This document shows positions 37,343 through 50,520 of a stretch of DNA of 64,000 bases, in pieces. The notes under the pieces are model-generated. The model was not told where the DNA came from. It saw nothing but the letters and a program-made list of their open reading frames with translations, and ran no database searches. The first letter of the stretch is position 1. Each line of letters opens with the position of its first letter. The position numbers were made by a program, and so were the translations under genes. Origin of the DNA: Malacoraja senta (taxonomy: Eukaryota); NCBI GenBank assembly GCA_038087875.1, contig CM075992.1, forward strand, positions 12,588,001 to 12,652,000. Reading direction: 5' to 3'.

Positions 37343-40110
37343 GTAAGTCCCCTTGAATTTGTTCATCAACGTTCACTCAAACAGTATGTAGATGGCCAAC
37401 CAGAGAGAGGGCAATGCTGGACCTTCGATTGGGGAATGAGGCTGGGCAAGTGACTGGCCTGTGTGGGCGAGCACGTTGTGACCAGTCACCAGAATTATGG
37501 ACTCAAGTCAACGGTATAGCCATGGGCATTCACATAGGCCCCAGCTATGCCTGCCTTTATTGAAAATGGCAGCTGCAGGTCTAATAAGGTTTTCATAGAA
37601 GGGGATTATAACTTTCCAAATATTAACTAGGAATACCATAGTGCAAAAGGTTTAGACAGGGTAGAATGGGTCAAATGTATTCAGGAACATTTCCTCCGGC
37701 AATATAAAGAGAGCCCTTCTCCAGAGAAGGCAATTCTTGATATTGTCTTCGGAAATTGGAATGGACAAGTGGATGAAGTGGTCATGGATGAGCCTTTTGG
37801 GACCAGCGGTCATTGTCTATTAGGTTGAGATTAATTAAGGATAGAGACCGGTGGGCCCACGAATTAAAATCCTAAATTGGGGCAAGGCCAACATTGAAGG
37901 TATTAGACAGAAACTTGCTCGTGTTGGTTTGAGAAGGTTGTTTGAAGGAAAAGGACCATCCAGAAATGGGCTGTTTGTAAAAGTCTGCTGACAAGAGTCC
38001 ATGACCTTCATGTTCCTGTTAGAGTGAACGGTAACGCAGGCAAACATAAGGCAGCTTGGATTATGTGAGAAATTGAGGCTCAGGTCAAGTGTAAGGAGGC
38101 ATGAGACAGGTATAGGCAGCTGGGATCAAGTGTATCCCTAGAGGAATTTCAGGAACTGAGGAGTAAGCTGAAAAAGGAAATCGGGAGGGCAGAAAGGGTG
38201 GTGTAAAGACAAATAATATTAAGAATAATTGCAAGAGATTTTATGTACTTTACGGGAAAATGGGTAGTGAGAATGGGAACCCTCAAGAATCAAAGTGGTC
38301 AATTCTGTGTGAAACTACAGGAGATGGGCAAGGTCTATAATATTTCTCCTCAGTTTTTACCGTGGAGACAGACATTAGGACCGGGGAACTTGGGGCAGTC
38401 AATGGAAATGTCTTCAAGGTTTCAAGGTCAGTTTATTGTCACATGTACCAATTAAGGTACAATGATATTTAAGTTACCATACAGCCATACCAAGTGAAAA
38501 GCAACAAGACACACAGTCACATAAAAGTTAACATAAACATCCATCACAGTGGATTCCACATTCCTCACTGTGATGGAAGGCAATAAAGTTCAATCTTCTT
38601 CCTCTTTGTTCTCCCGCGGTCGGGGCAGACAAACCATCCGCAATCGGGGCGATCGCAGCCGACGAACGAAGCCCCCGTCGGGGTGATCGAAACTCCCACA
38701 TCGGGGCAGTTGAAAGGCTTGAGGGCAGTATTATGGTCGAAGAGGTATGCAGATAGACAAATATCCCGGGCCTGATCAGATTTATACAAGGACACTGTGA
38801 GAAGCTAGAGAAGAAATTGCAGGTGCCCTGGCTGAGATTTATGATTTGTCATTAAATACAGGAAGGGTGCCAAATGACAGGAGCATGGCAAATGTTGAGC
38901 CTCTTTTTAAGAAGGGCTGCAGAGAAAAGCCAGGGAACTACAGGCCAGTGTCTAACATGTGTGGTTGGCAAGTTACTAGAGAGTATTTCGAGGGATGATA
39001 TACATGCATTGAGACGGGCAGGGGCTGATTAGGGATAAGCAGCATGATTTTGTACGTGGGAGATCATGTCTCACAAATCTGATTTTTGAAGATGTAACCA
39101 AAAAGTTTGATGAGGGCAGAGCTGTAAACGTTGTATATATGGATTCCAGCAAGGCATTTGACAAGGTTCCGCATGGTAGGCTGCTCTTGAAGGTTAGATC
39201 AACTTGGATCGAAGGAGAGCCAGCTGACTGAATAGAAAACTGGCTTCAGGGAAGGAAGCAGAGGGTGATGGTGGAAGGTTGCTTTTTGCACTGGAAGCCT
39301 GTGACCAGTGGTGTACCTCAGGGTTCAGTGCTGGGCCCATTGCTGTTGGTCACCTGTATCAATGATTTGGGTGAGAACGTACAAGGCATGGTTAGTAAGT
39401 TTGCAGATGACACTAAAGAGGGTGGTATTGTAGATAACGAGATGGTTGTCAAAACATGCAGCAGGATCTTGATTGGTTGGGCAGGTGGGTTGAAGATTGC
39501 TTAATGAAGTTTAATAAATGTAAGTGTGAGGTGTTGCATGGGGGACGTAAGCAGTGCAGGACCTACACAGTGAATGGCAGGACACTGGGGAAGTATTGTA
39601 GAGCAGAGGGATCTAGGGGTTCAGGTACATAGTTCCTTCAAAGTGACATCACAAATAGATAGAGTGGTCAAGAAGGCTTTCAACACATTGGCCTGAATGT
39701 AGACGTTGGGAGGACTTGTTACAGTTGTTCAAGACATTGGCGAGGCCACATTTAGACTATTGTGTTCAGTTTTGTTCACTCTATTAGAGGAATCATGTTA
39801 AGTTGGAAAGGGTGCAGAAAATATTCACGAGGTTGGTGCCAGGACTCGAGGACCTGAGCTACAGGGAGAGGTTGATCAGGCTGGGACTTTATTTCTGTGA
39901 GCACAGGAGGATGAGGGATGATCTTAGAGAGGTGTATAAGATCATGAGAGGAATAAATAGGGTAAATGCAGTCTTTTACCCAGAGAAAGGGAATTGAAAA
40001 CAAGAGGACATAGGTTTAAGGTGAGGGGGAAAAGATTCAATAAGATCCTGAGTGGCAAATCTTTTACACAAAAGGTGGTAGGTATATGGAACGAGCTGCT
40101 GGAGGAAGTA

Positions 40111-43100
40111 ATAATAATAATAATAATAATAGATTTAATTTAAGGGCGCCTATACAAAAGTCTCAAGGACACCTTACAAAATTTAACAAAGAAACATATA
40201 ATCAGAGTAAAATAAGTTATAAAGACATCACCAATACACAAATTAAAGACAGAAATTCGATCCAAAAAAGACAACAAAAAAATTCAGAAACACAATGTGA
40301 AGGGAGAGCAGCGGCAGCCAAACCGCGCCAGCGTGCACTCTCCCTTCCGACCGCCATCTTGGACATAGACTAACATAGACACTACACACTACACACAAAA
40401 TCATCCCCCCACAATGATTACCACTGTGGGGGAAGGCACAATGTCCAGTCCCCAACCTCAGTTCTCCCCAAAGTCAGGCCTATTGAGGCCTCCACAGTTG
40501 CCTTTACGGAGGCCCGATGTTCCTGGCCGTTCTTGCTGGGTGTTGTTGCCCCGGCGTCGGGAGAGTCCTCGCAGCGGCTGGGACGGCTGGAACGGCCGAT
40601 TTCCTACCGGAGTCCGTGGCACCTAAACCCGACAAGGCCGCGCCGATTTGGAGCTCCGAGGCTCCCGATGTTAGCGTCGGCACCGCCGCCCGCGGCTGGC
40701 TGCTCCGCATTTGACCAGGTAGAATGGACATATTTATTTTCGGTAATGAAAAAATTTCAATTGGGAGAGAAGTACTGTACATGGGTTAAATTGTTATACT
40801 CTAATCCAACAGCTAGAATATTAACAAATCAAATGTTATCAGCCAAATTTAATCTTTCTAGAGGTTGTAGACAAGGATGTTCACTATCCCCACTATTATT
40901 TGCTCTTGCGATTGAACCATTAGCAGAAAGCGTTAGAAACCATCCAGGAATACATGGATACAACACTAGAGATACAAGGAATAAAATTTCCTTATATGCA
41001 GATGATGTATTAATATATATTACAAAGTTAGAAACTAGTATTCCAAATCTATTAAATCTAATAAGACAATTTGGTCAGTTCTCAGGATATAGGATTAATT
41101 GGAATAAAAGTGAAATTATGCCAATAACAAAATTCAACTTAAATACAATACAACAATCCCCTTTTAAAATAGTTAAAGATAAACTTAAATATTTAGGAAT
41201 CTATGTAACTAAGACATATACCTCTTTATTTAAACAAAATATTCCATCCTTACTTAATAAATTACACAAACATATTCAGTACTGGAAAACACTTCCTATT
41301 TCAATGCTTGGTAGAATTAATGCTATAAAAATGATTTTCTTACCACAACTACTATATTTATTTCAATTAATTCCGATATATATTCCAAAAAACGTTTTCA
41401 AAAAAGTCGACTCCATTGTTACAAGCTTTATTTGGGATTATAAGAATCATAGAATAAGTAAAAAACATTTATGTAAGTCAAAGAGTAACGAAGGTTTGGC
41501 CTTGCCAAATTTCTTATATTATTTTTGGGCAGTCCATATTAAAAACATGAATTTCTGGCTGGAAGAAATGGACCAACAACCAGAATGGTTAAGGATGGAA
41601 AAGGAAGACTGTTTACCTTTTGAAATAGGTTCGATTATATTTGCTACCACAAAATTGCATAAAAAAACCTATAAGGAAAACCCTATAATACATAGTGGAA
41701 TACGAATTTGGAAACAATTAAAAAAGGCTTTAACACTGAATAATATACCACTATGTCTTCCCATTGTAAATAATCCTCTATTCAAGCCATCCATATTGGA
41801 TAGAGGTTTTATACAATGGAAAAATCATGGAATTAAAAGGATTGGACATCTATATAGGGAAGGCATCTTTCTGTCATTTCAAGAGTTACAACAGAATCAT
41901 GGACTACACTCAAATAACTTTTTCAGATATTTACAAATTAGAGATTATGTTAAATCCTATTCACAAATTTATAGGACTAGGGAACCAGAAATTCTTGATG
42001 AATGTTTGAATAAGCATCCTAACACTGAAAAATTAATAGCTTATATTTATAACATTCTCCTCAATAATGAGGAACCACCGATGGAACTATATAGACATAA
42101 ATGGGAAAATGAGTTAGGTTATCCTATTACGAAAGATATTTGGGACGAAAGTTTCCAACATATACATCAATGTTCGTTAAATGCCAGACATGCTTTAATA
42201 CAATTTAAAGTCTTACACAGATTACATTATTCCAAAATAAAACTAAATAGAATTTTCCCACATATTTCTCCTATATGTAATAAATGCCTGCACCTAGAGG
42301 CCAATTTAACACATACCTTTGCAAATTGCATAAAAATTAAAAATTACTGGACTGATATTTTTCAAATAATCTCTGAAGTTGTTAATACCAAATTGGCTCC
42401 AGACTCAAAATTAATAATACTTGGGATATCAGAACAAAGTTTAACACTCACAACAAGCCAAAGAAACTTCCTTGACTACAGTATAATAACAGGGAAAAAA
42501 ATAATATTAAAATTCTGGAAAGGCCCTACAACCCCCACAATTAAAATGTGGATTGTGGAAATGTCGGAGACCCTACATCTAGAAAGAATTAGACTTGTCT
42601 TAATGGACAAGCAAGAACTTTTTGTTAAAATTTGGCTCCATTCATTGCCTATTTGAAGGGATAGAGTGGCCCAGCGCGAAAGCCCGACTGAAGCTTGAAC
42701 TCAGGATTAGATGTAATTATATTTCATAACCTACGAACTTATCTCCTATGACGTATTATAAGTTATTCATTCCACCTCTTTTTCTTTTTTGATATTGTAA
42801 TTCTTCTTTCTCTCTCTTCTTTCTTCTTTCTCTCTATCTTTCTTTTTCTATCTATATTAAAAAAAAACACTAGAAGCAGAATTAACTGACAATTGACAAA
42901 TGTAATAATGTATCAGTGATTGATGTATATGAAAAGTTTTTTCTTCTATTATAATATGTTACTCTACATTGTAATATGTTTGCTTCTAATAAAAATGTAT
43001 ATCGTAAAAAAAAAAATAATAATTCAGAAACACAATGTGAAGGGAGAGCAGCGGCAGCCAAACCGCGCCAGCGTCCACTCTCCCTTCCGACAGCCATCTT

Positions 43101-43838
43101 GGACATAGACTAACATAGACACTTCACACTACACACAAAATCATCCCCCCACAATAGTTACCACTGTGGGGGAAGGCACAATGTCCAGTCCCCAACCTCA
43201 GTTCTCCCCAAAGTCAGGCCTATTGAGGCCTCCACAGTTGCCTTTACGGAGGCCCGATGTTCCTGGCCGTTCTCGCTGGGTGCAGTTGCCCCGGCGTCGG
43301 GAGAGTCCTCGCAGCGGCTGGGACGGCTGGAACGGCCGATTTCCTACCGGAGTCCGTGGCACCTAAAGCCGACAAGGCCGCGCCGATTTGGAGCTCCGAG
43401 GCTCCCGATGTTAGAGTCGGCACCGCCGCCCACAGTCCCGCAGCCCGGAGGTGTTGAGCTCGGCGGTCACAGCTCACCGGAGCTCCAGCGCGTCGATCCA
43501 GCGCGGCGACCCAGGCAAGGCATCGCCCGCTCCGTTCCGCGATAGCGCTCCAGCGCTGTGCCGCCACCGAAGCTGAAGGTGCTTGGCAGTCCCCGCCAGG
43601 AAACGCCGCTCCAGGCCCGCTGGTAGGCCACGAGGACGGGTCGACGGGGCAGCCCGGAGAAAAAGCTGCCTCACCGACCAGGTAGGGACCTAGAAAATAG
43701 TTTCCCCCTTACCCCCCCACATGAAAAGTCAAAGTTCCCCAACAGACATAGACCAAGAGAACTAAAAAACGAAGAAAAAAAGTGAATTTAACGGTCGGCT
43801 GCTGGTTAGCAGCCGTTCCCCAAGATAGCTCCTCCTCC
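40111..43838 (-). mobile_element. About 1-kb GC-rich non-coding retroposon with L2-type (TTA)n tail, interrupted by L1
   Basis: Minus-strand tail TGTAAGGTGTCCTTGAG...GGCGCC...(TAT)n. TSD AAGTA at 40106-40110 and 43839-43843. Confidence 0.7.
40706..43020 (+). mobile_element. 5'-truncated L1-clade LINE (open ORF2 RT to C-terminal CCHC, 3'UTR, A tail)
   Basis: AFDQVEW, RQGCSLSPLLF, YADD, KYLG and CNKC...HTFANC. AATAAA plus A-run at about 42988-43016. Confidence 0.92.
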
Positions 43839-46800
43839 AAGTAGTTGAATCATTTACTATTACAATGTTTAAGAAACATCTAGACAGGTACATGGATAGG
43901 ATAGGTATAAAGGGATACGGGCTAAAAGCAGGCAGGTGAGAGTAGATGGGGCGTGGGTAAGTTGGGCCAAAGGACACGCTTATACGCTGTATGATTCTCT
44001 AACATTGAACATAGAACAGTGCAGCACAAGAACAGGCCCTTCGGCCCATAGTGTCTGTGCCAAACATGTTGCCAAGACCAACTCTGATCTGCCTTCATAT
44101 AATCCATTTGTTTCAATTTCCTGCATATCCATGTGAATATATAAAAGGCTCTTAAATGCCGCCATTGTATCTGCCTGAACCACCAAACCCAGCAACTCAT
44201 TCCAGACACTTAGCTTTTGTGTAAAAAAACATGACTCGCACATCTCAGAGTCTTATAGCGCATAACAGGCCCTTCGGCCCAACTCATCCATGCTGAGCAG
44301 AATGCCTAATCTAAGCTAGTCCCATTTACACGTTGGGCCTATATCCCTCTATACATAGAAACATAGAAATATAGAAAATAGGTGCAGGAGGAGACCATTT
44401 GGCCCTTCGAGCCAGCACCGCCATTCATTGTGATCATGGCTGATCGTCCCCAATCAAAAACCCGTGCCTGCCTTCTCCACATATCCCTTGATTGCACTGG
44501 CCGCTCGAGCTCCATCCAGCTCTCTCTTAAATCCACCAAGTGACTTGGCCTGCACTGCCCTCTGTGGCAGGGAATTCCACAAATTCACTACTCTCTGGGT
44601 GAAAACGTTTTTTCTCACCTAAGTCCAAAATGGCTTCCCCTTTATTCTAAGACACATGGCCCCTGGTTCTGGACTCGCCCAACATTGGGAACATTTTTCC
44701 TGCATTTAGCTTGTCCAGTCCTTTTATAATTTTATATACTAAAGTTATTTATAGTTTATAGTTTTAAACTAAATAAGGGGGGGGGGGGTGGTGGTGTCAA
44801 ATGGGATAGTCAAGGACGGAGTTAAAGGGAAAACAAGTAAAGGGATAGTTAATGACCCCAGAATTAACGGGAAAGAAAGCTTACAAAGGGATAGGAGAGT
44901 ATGGCCAAGTGTAATAGGGATCAATGTGAAAGGTGAGATGCGTAAGGAATTAAAAGTATTGTATTTGAATGCACAAAGTATAAGGAATAAAGTAGATGAG
45001 CTTGAGGCTCAGTTAGAGGTTGGTAGATATGACATTGTAGGGATTACCGAGACGTGGCTGCAGGAGGATCGGGCCTGGGAACTTAATATTCAGGGTTATA
45101 CATCCTATAGAAAGGACAGGCAGGTGGGCAGAGGAGGGGGGGTAGCTCTGCTGGTGAGGGATGGAATTCAGTCCCTTGCGAGGGAAGACATAGGGACTGA
45201 CGAGGTAGAGTCACTGTGGATTGAGTTGAGGAATTGCAAAGACAAGAAGACACTAATTGGTGTTATCTACAGACCCCCAAATAGTAGACCGGATGTAAGG
45301 TGTAATTTGCAGCAGGAGTTAAAACTGGCATGTAACAAAGGTAAGGCCACTGTGGTGATGGGGGATTTCAATATGCAGGTAGTCTGGGAAAATCAGGTTG
45401 GTTCAGGACCCCAAGAAATAGAGTTTGTAGAGTGCCTCCGAGATGGATTCTTAGAGCAGCTTGTAATGGAGCCGACCAGAGAAAAGGCAATTCTGGATTT
45501 AGTGTTGTCCAATGAACCAGATTTGATAAGAGAACTCGAGGTAAAGGAACCGCTTGGAGGTAGTGATCATAATATGGTTAGTTTTAATCTGCAAATTGAG
45601 AAGGAGAAGGTTAAATCGGAAGTGTCAGTGATGCAATTGAACAAAGGGGACTATGAAGGCATGAGAGAGGAGCTGGCCAAGGTAGACTGGAAAGAGATCC
45701 TAGCAGGAATGACGGTGGAACACCAATGGCAGAATTATCTGGGCATAATCCGGAAGACACAGGATCATTTCATTCCAAAAAGGAAGAAAGATTCTAAGGG
45801 GAGTTGGAAGCAACTGTGGCTGACAAGAGAAGTTAGGGATAGAATAAAATTAAAAGAAAAGATGTATAACACAGCAAAGAGTAGTCGGAAGCCAGAGGAT
45901 TGGGAAAGTTTCATAGGACAACAGAAGGAAACAAAATGGGCAATACATGCTGAAAAGATGAAGTACCAGGGGAAGCTGGCCAGGAATATAAAGAAGGACA
46001 GTAAAAGCTTCTTTAGATATGTTAAGGGAAAAAGAGTGGCAAAATCAGATGTGGGTCCCTTGAAGGCAGACACAGGTGAAATTATTATGGGGAACAAGGA
46101 AATGGCAGAGGAGTTGAACAGGTACTTTGGATCTGTCTTCACTCAGGAAGACACAAACAATCTCCCAGAAGGAGGTTAGTGGCGGACAGAGGATCAAAGG
46201 GGGTAGAGGAACTGAAAGAAATTATCATTAGGCGAGAAATAGTATTGGGTAGGCTAATGTGACTGAAGGATGATAAATCCCCTGGGTCTGATGTTCTGCA
46301 TCCCAGGGTCCTCAGGGAGGTGGCTCTAGAAATAGTGGACGCATTGGTGATCATTTTCCAATGTTCAATACATTTCACAATCAGTTCCCGTGGATTGGAG
46401 GATAGCTAATGTTATCCCACTTTTCAAGAAAGGAGCGAGAGAGAAAACAGGGAATTACAGACCAGTTAGCCTGACTTTGGTGGTGGGAAAGATGCTGCAA
46501 TCAATCAGTAAAGAGGTAATAATGGGGCATTTGGATAGCAGTAAAAGGATTAGTCCAAGTCAACATGGATTTATGAAAGGGAGATCATGCTTGACTAATC
46601 TTCTGGAATTTTTTGAGGATGTGACAAGTAAAATGGATGTAGTGTATCTAAACTTCCGAAAGCCTTTGTTAAGGTCCCGCATGGGAGATGGTGACTACAA
46701 TTAGAGTACATGGTATTGGGGGTAGGGTGTTGACGTGGATAGAAAATTGGTTGGCAGACAGGAAGCAAGGAGTAGGAGTGAACGGGTCCTTTTCAGAATG

Positions 46801-47173
46801 GCAGGCAGTGGCGAGTGGAGTGTCGCAAGGCTCGGTGTTGTGGTCGCAACAGTTTACCATATATATTAATGATTTGGAAGAGGGAATTAGGAGCAACACT
46901 AGCAAATTTGCAGATGACACAAAGCTGGATGCCAGTGTGAACTGTGTTAGGAGGTTGCAGGGTGACCTGGACTGGTTGAGTGTGTGGGCATATGCGTGGC
47001 AGATGCAGTATAATATAGATAAATGTGAGGTTATCCACTTTGGTGGCAAAAACAAGGGGGAAGATTATTATCTCAATGGGGTTAGGTTAGGTAAGGGTGA
47101 GGTACAGCAAGACCTGGGTGTCCTTGTACACCGATCATTGAAAGTTGGCGTGCAGGTACAGCAGGCAGTGAAG

Positions 47174-47264
47174 AAGAAGGGTTTCGGCCCAAAACGTTGC
47201 CTATTTCCTTCGCTCCATAGATGCTGCTGCACCCGCTGAGTTTCTCCAGCATTTTTGTGTACCT
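47174..47264 (+). repeat. Penelope pLTR-derived short insertion in CR1
   Basis: GAAGAAGGGTTTCGGCCCAAAACGTTGCC...CATTTTTGTGTACC is the reverse complement of 53627-53716. Confidence 0.8.
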
Positions 47265-47495
47265 AAAGCTAATAGTAAGATTAAACGAGAACTTACCAAG
47301 TTTGAAGTTTGATCTTTATTTTATGAGGAGTAACGTTGAGGGATTACGTTAAGACCCCGTCCAGCCGCACACGCGTTAATCTTTCAAAGCAGCGGAGTGA
47401 CAATCACAGACGATAATTACTGAAGTATGATAGTAAGATGCATAAAGACTTAGAACTATCAGCTTGATCTTTTTATGAGGGTGGGAGCGGAGAGC

Positions 47496-47608
47496 ACGTA
47501 ATCCCTCAACGTTACTCCTCATAAAATAAAGATCAAACTTCAAACTTGGTAAGTTCTCGTTTAATCTTACTATTTTACTTCGGAGTCACGTGAGTGACTA
47601 CGTGAAGA
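47496..47608. repeat. DIRS internal complementary region (ICR)
   Basis: First part is the reverse complement of the left terminus (47271-47349). Second part is the reverse complement of the right terminus (52219-52254). Confidence 0.93.
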
Positions 47609-47799
47609 TTTCAAAGCTCTGTGATTTCACACCGTGGATTCAAATCCAGGTGTTCACTGCATCGATTGACTCTATTTGAGTAAGCACAATCAACAATGCA
47701 TAACCACAACATTTGAATGTAATCAGTTAATGGTTTTATTTATTTTAATAAAAATAACTAAAATTAGGCCCATTTATAATGGGGGATTTAATACTGTAT

Positions 47800-48750
47800 C
47801 CAGCACGGCATCACCAAACCCTCTGAGATCTTTAATCTCCTTGTGGTAATACTTGTGAAACATCTGTTCACTTGCGCATCCTGCGGCCGCGAGAATAAGG
47901 TCTATTGGCACGCTGAATCCCTGGCCGCTGATGTTGATGCCGCCCTCGTGGAATGAGATTTAAATTTATCAGTATCAATACCTGAATATCTCAACACCTT
48001 TTTCAACCATCGTGAAATTGTTTGTGTTGATACTTTCTTATGAGGCTTTTTATGACTAATAAAAAATGCCAATTCGGCGCCTCTTAAAACTTTTGTTGTT
48101 TCTATGTAACATTTCACATATGTTACTACACACAGTCGTGAATCTGTAGGTAATGCTAAAATTCCAACTTGCATCCTGTGGACCCAGGTCTACTTTGCTT
48201 CAGTAAATCATAGACATAGAATGTCACGGCATTTTGCCCTACTTTCATTCTATCAATTCTGAGTTTCTGTAATGTTTGAACTCTCTGCGCTGAAACTAAT
48301 GCCATGAGCATAACCAATTTCATGGTAATTTTGGATAATGACAGGGTTTCAACTGGATTCCAACTCCTTAGGAACATCAGTACATCTTTTACATTCCAAA
48401 TTTCTGTATACCTGGGTCTGGGAGGATTAGAGTTGAAATTCCTTTCATAAACCTACAGACCCAAGGATGTTCTCCAATTGGAGTTTGTTCTGATTCACTG
48501 CTTAAATATGCAGAGAGTGCACTTCGTGCAGTATTAATTGCACTATAACTTAATTTCAATTCATAGTGTAGAGTTGAAAGAAACTCTATTACATCTGAAA
48601 TTTCTACTGTGTTATATGCAATATTCTTTCCTGAACAAAACACCTCCCATTTCTTTATATAGGAAATGTACTGCTTCTGGGTACTATTCCTCCAGGCTGC
48701 TGTCATAACCTCCACCGTACGGTCTGATAATCCTTTTCCAAGATATGCCT
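47800..48750 (-). pseudogene. DIRS tyrosine recombinase (fragmented)
   Basis: ORFs 48389-48715, 48156-48377 and 47902-48174 carry SYSAINTARSA, SAQRVQ and HSTR. Confidence 0.88.
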
Positions 48751-48759
48751 TCTTAGAAT

Positions 48760-50520
48760 CTGCAAATCAACAAACCAATACGATTATGTAAAGGATGTGA
48801 TTCATTAGTCACAGGGTGTACAAACAGTTCAATCTGCTTTGGAATAACCATAAGGGGGTTTTTGATCATTTTTAACACCAGTGGGTACCATACCTGTGTA
48901 GGCCAATCTGGTACTACCAAAATCCCTGAGGCTTGAATCTTGTTTAATTTTCTGTATGCATTTGTGGATTAAACAAAATGGTGGAAAAGCATACAGAAAC
49001 ATACCACCCCAATGTAGCGAGAAAGCATCCACCACTACTGCTCCAGGATCAGGTTCCCATGACACATACTTAGTCAACTGGTGGTTCAATCTTGATGCAA
49101 CCAGATCACTTTCTGGCATTCCAAATTGTGTGATAATTTGTGTGAATATTTTCCGATTTAACATCCATTCTGTATTCTCATTAAATTTACGTGATCTTTT
49201 GTCTGCAATTGTATTAATTTTTACCTGGTAAATATATTGCTGACAGCCAAATTTTTCTGGCAATACACCAGGTCCAAATTTCATTTGCCAATTTATCACA
49301 TGATTCTGATTTTATACCACCCATGTGATTTATGTATGCTACAGCTGTAGTATTGTCAACCTGTACCTGAACATGCACATTTCCCATATCAGTGCAATAA
49401 GCTCTAAGGCCGTAAAATGCGCCTAATAGCTCTAGGTAATTGATTCCCAGATTTTCCAGCAAAGGTACTTCATTCACATTCCACCTACCTCCACAGCTGG
49501 AAATCATGTTAGTAGCGCCCCAACTCAGCACACTTACATCAGTCTGTAGAGTGACGGAAGGTGTTTCTTCCAGAACTTTTCTGGAAGCATTAGAAACATT
49601 GTTAATCCACCATTCTATTTCTGTAATGGATTGAATTGTTAATTTCATGGGCCTATCAAAATGCCCTCTATTCATTTTTAACGCTTGTACCTTAGCTCTC
49701 TGTAAACATTGATAATGCAATGGTCCAAACGTGACCGCTGGAAACCTTGCAATTAATTTGCCTAGCAAACTTGCCACTTCTCTAATTGAAGGTGTGTCCT
49801 CGTTAATGGGTTTTATGCAACCTTCAATTAACTGCAGCTTTTTATCTTTTGGCAAAGTGATTACCATGTGTTCGGAGTTAATTGTGAACCCTAGGTAATC
49901 AATCTTTTTGCTTGGTAACAATTTAGATTTTTGTAGGTGAATAATGAAACCTAATTTCTCAAAATGTATTTGACTCTGGACACTGACAATTTTGCAGCAG
50001 CCAAAGTGTCCCCTACAATGAGGATATCATCTAAATAAGCCATTAACACATGGCCCTCAGCTCTTAACAGAGCTAAAATTTGGTTTGAGCAATTTAGTGA
50101 ATAATCTTGGTGCTGAAATCAGACCAAGCAGAATAATATGCATTTTGCAGATCTATGCTTGCCTTATAGCAATTCTTTGTGACTAGCTAAATGGCATTAG
50201 TAAATGTTTCCATTTTGAAATGTTTCTATTGTACATAAAGGTTAAGATTTGTCAGATCGGAAATGATTCTATATCCACCATCCCTTTTCTAGGAGAATAT
50301 TCCTAGGAGAATATTTGACACAAACTGATGGTGTTGTTCTCCTGACATTTATATCATCCTTTTCTGCATAAAGTTTTTCAATTCTTCCTTTGAGAAAATC
50401 CGTGACCAGTTTGAATTATGCTGAATTGGAGGATCCAAACATGGAGAGAACTCAATTTTGAATCCTACAATGCTACATAGAATAAATGAATCATTTGTTA
50501 TTTATTGCCATTCTTTTAGG
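48760..50520 (-). pseudogene. DIRS RT/RNase H/adenine-methylase-like ORF (fragmented)
   Basis: ORFs 49214-49921 and 48829-49299, plus YLDD. Confidence 0.88.

Larger units (their letters stand above)
37560..44000 (+). mobile_element. Old CR1 ORF2 (37560-40110 and 43839-44000) hosting later insertions
   Basis: QGSVLGP, FADDT and ERVQK motifs. The sequence resumes after AAGTA at 43839. Confidence 0.8.

Noticed and set aside
40533..40705. Novel N-terminal domain on the L1 ORF2
   Set aside because: It is antisense GC-rich host-element sequence with a non-ATG start, open by chance.
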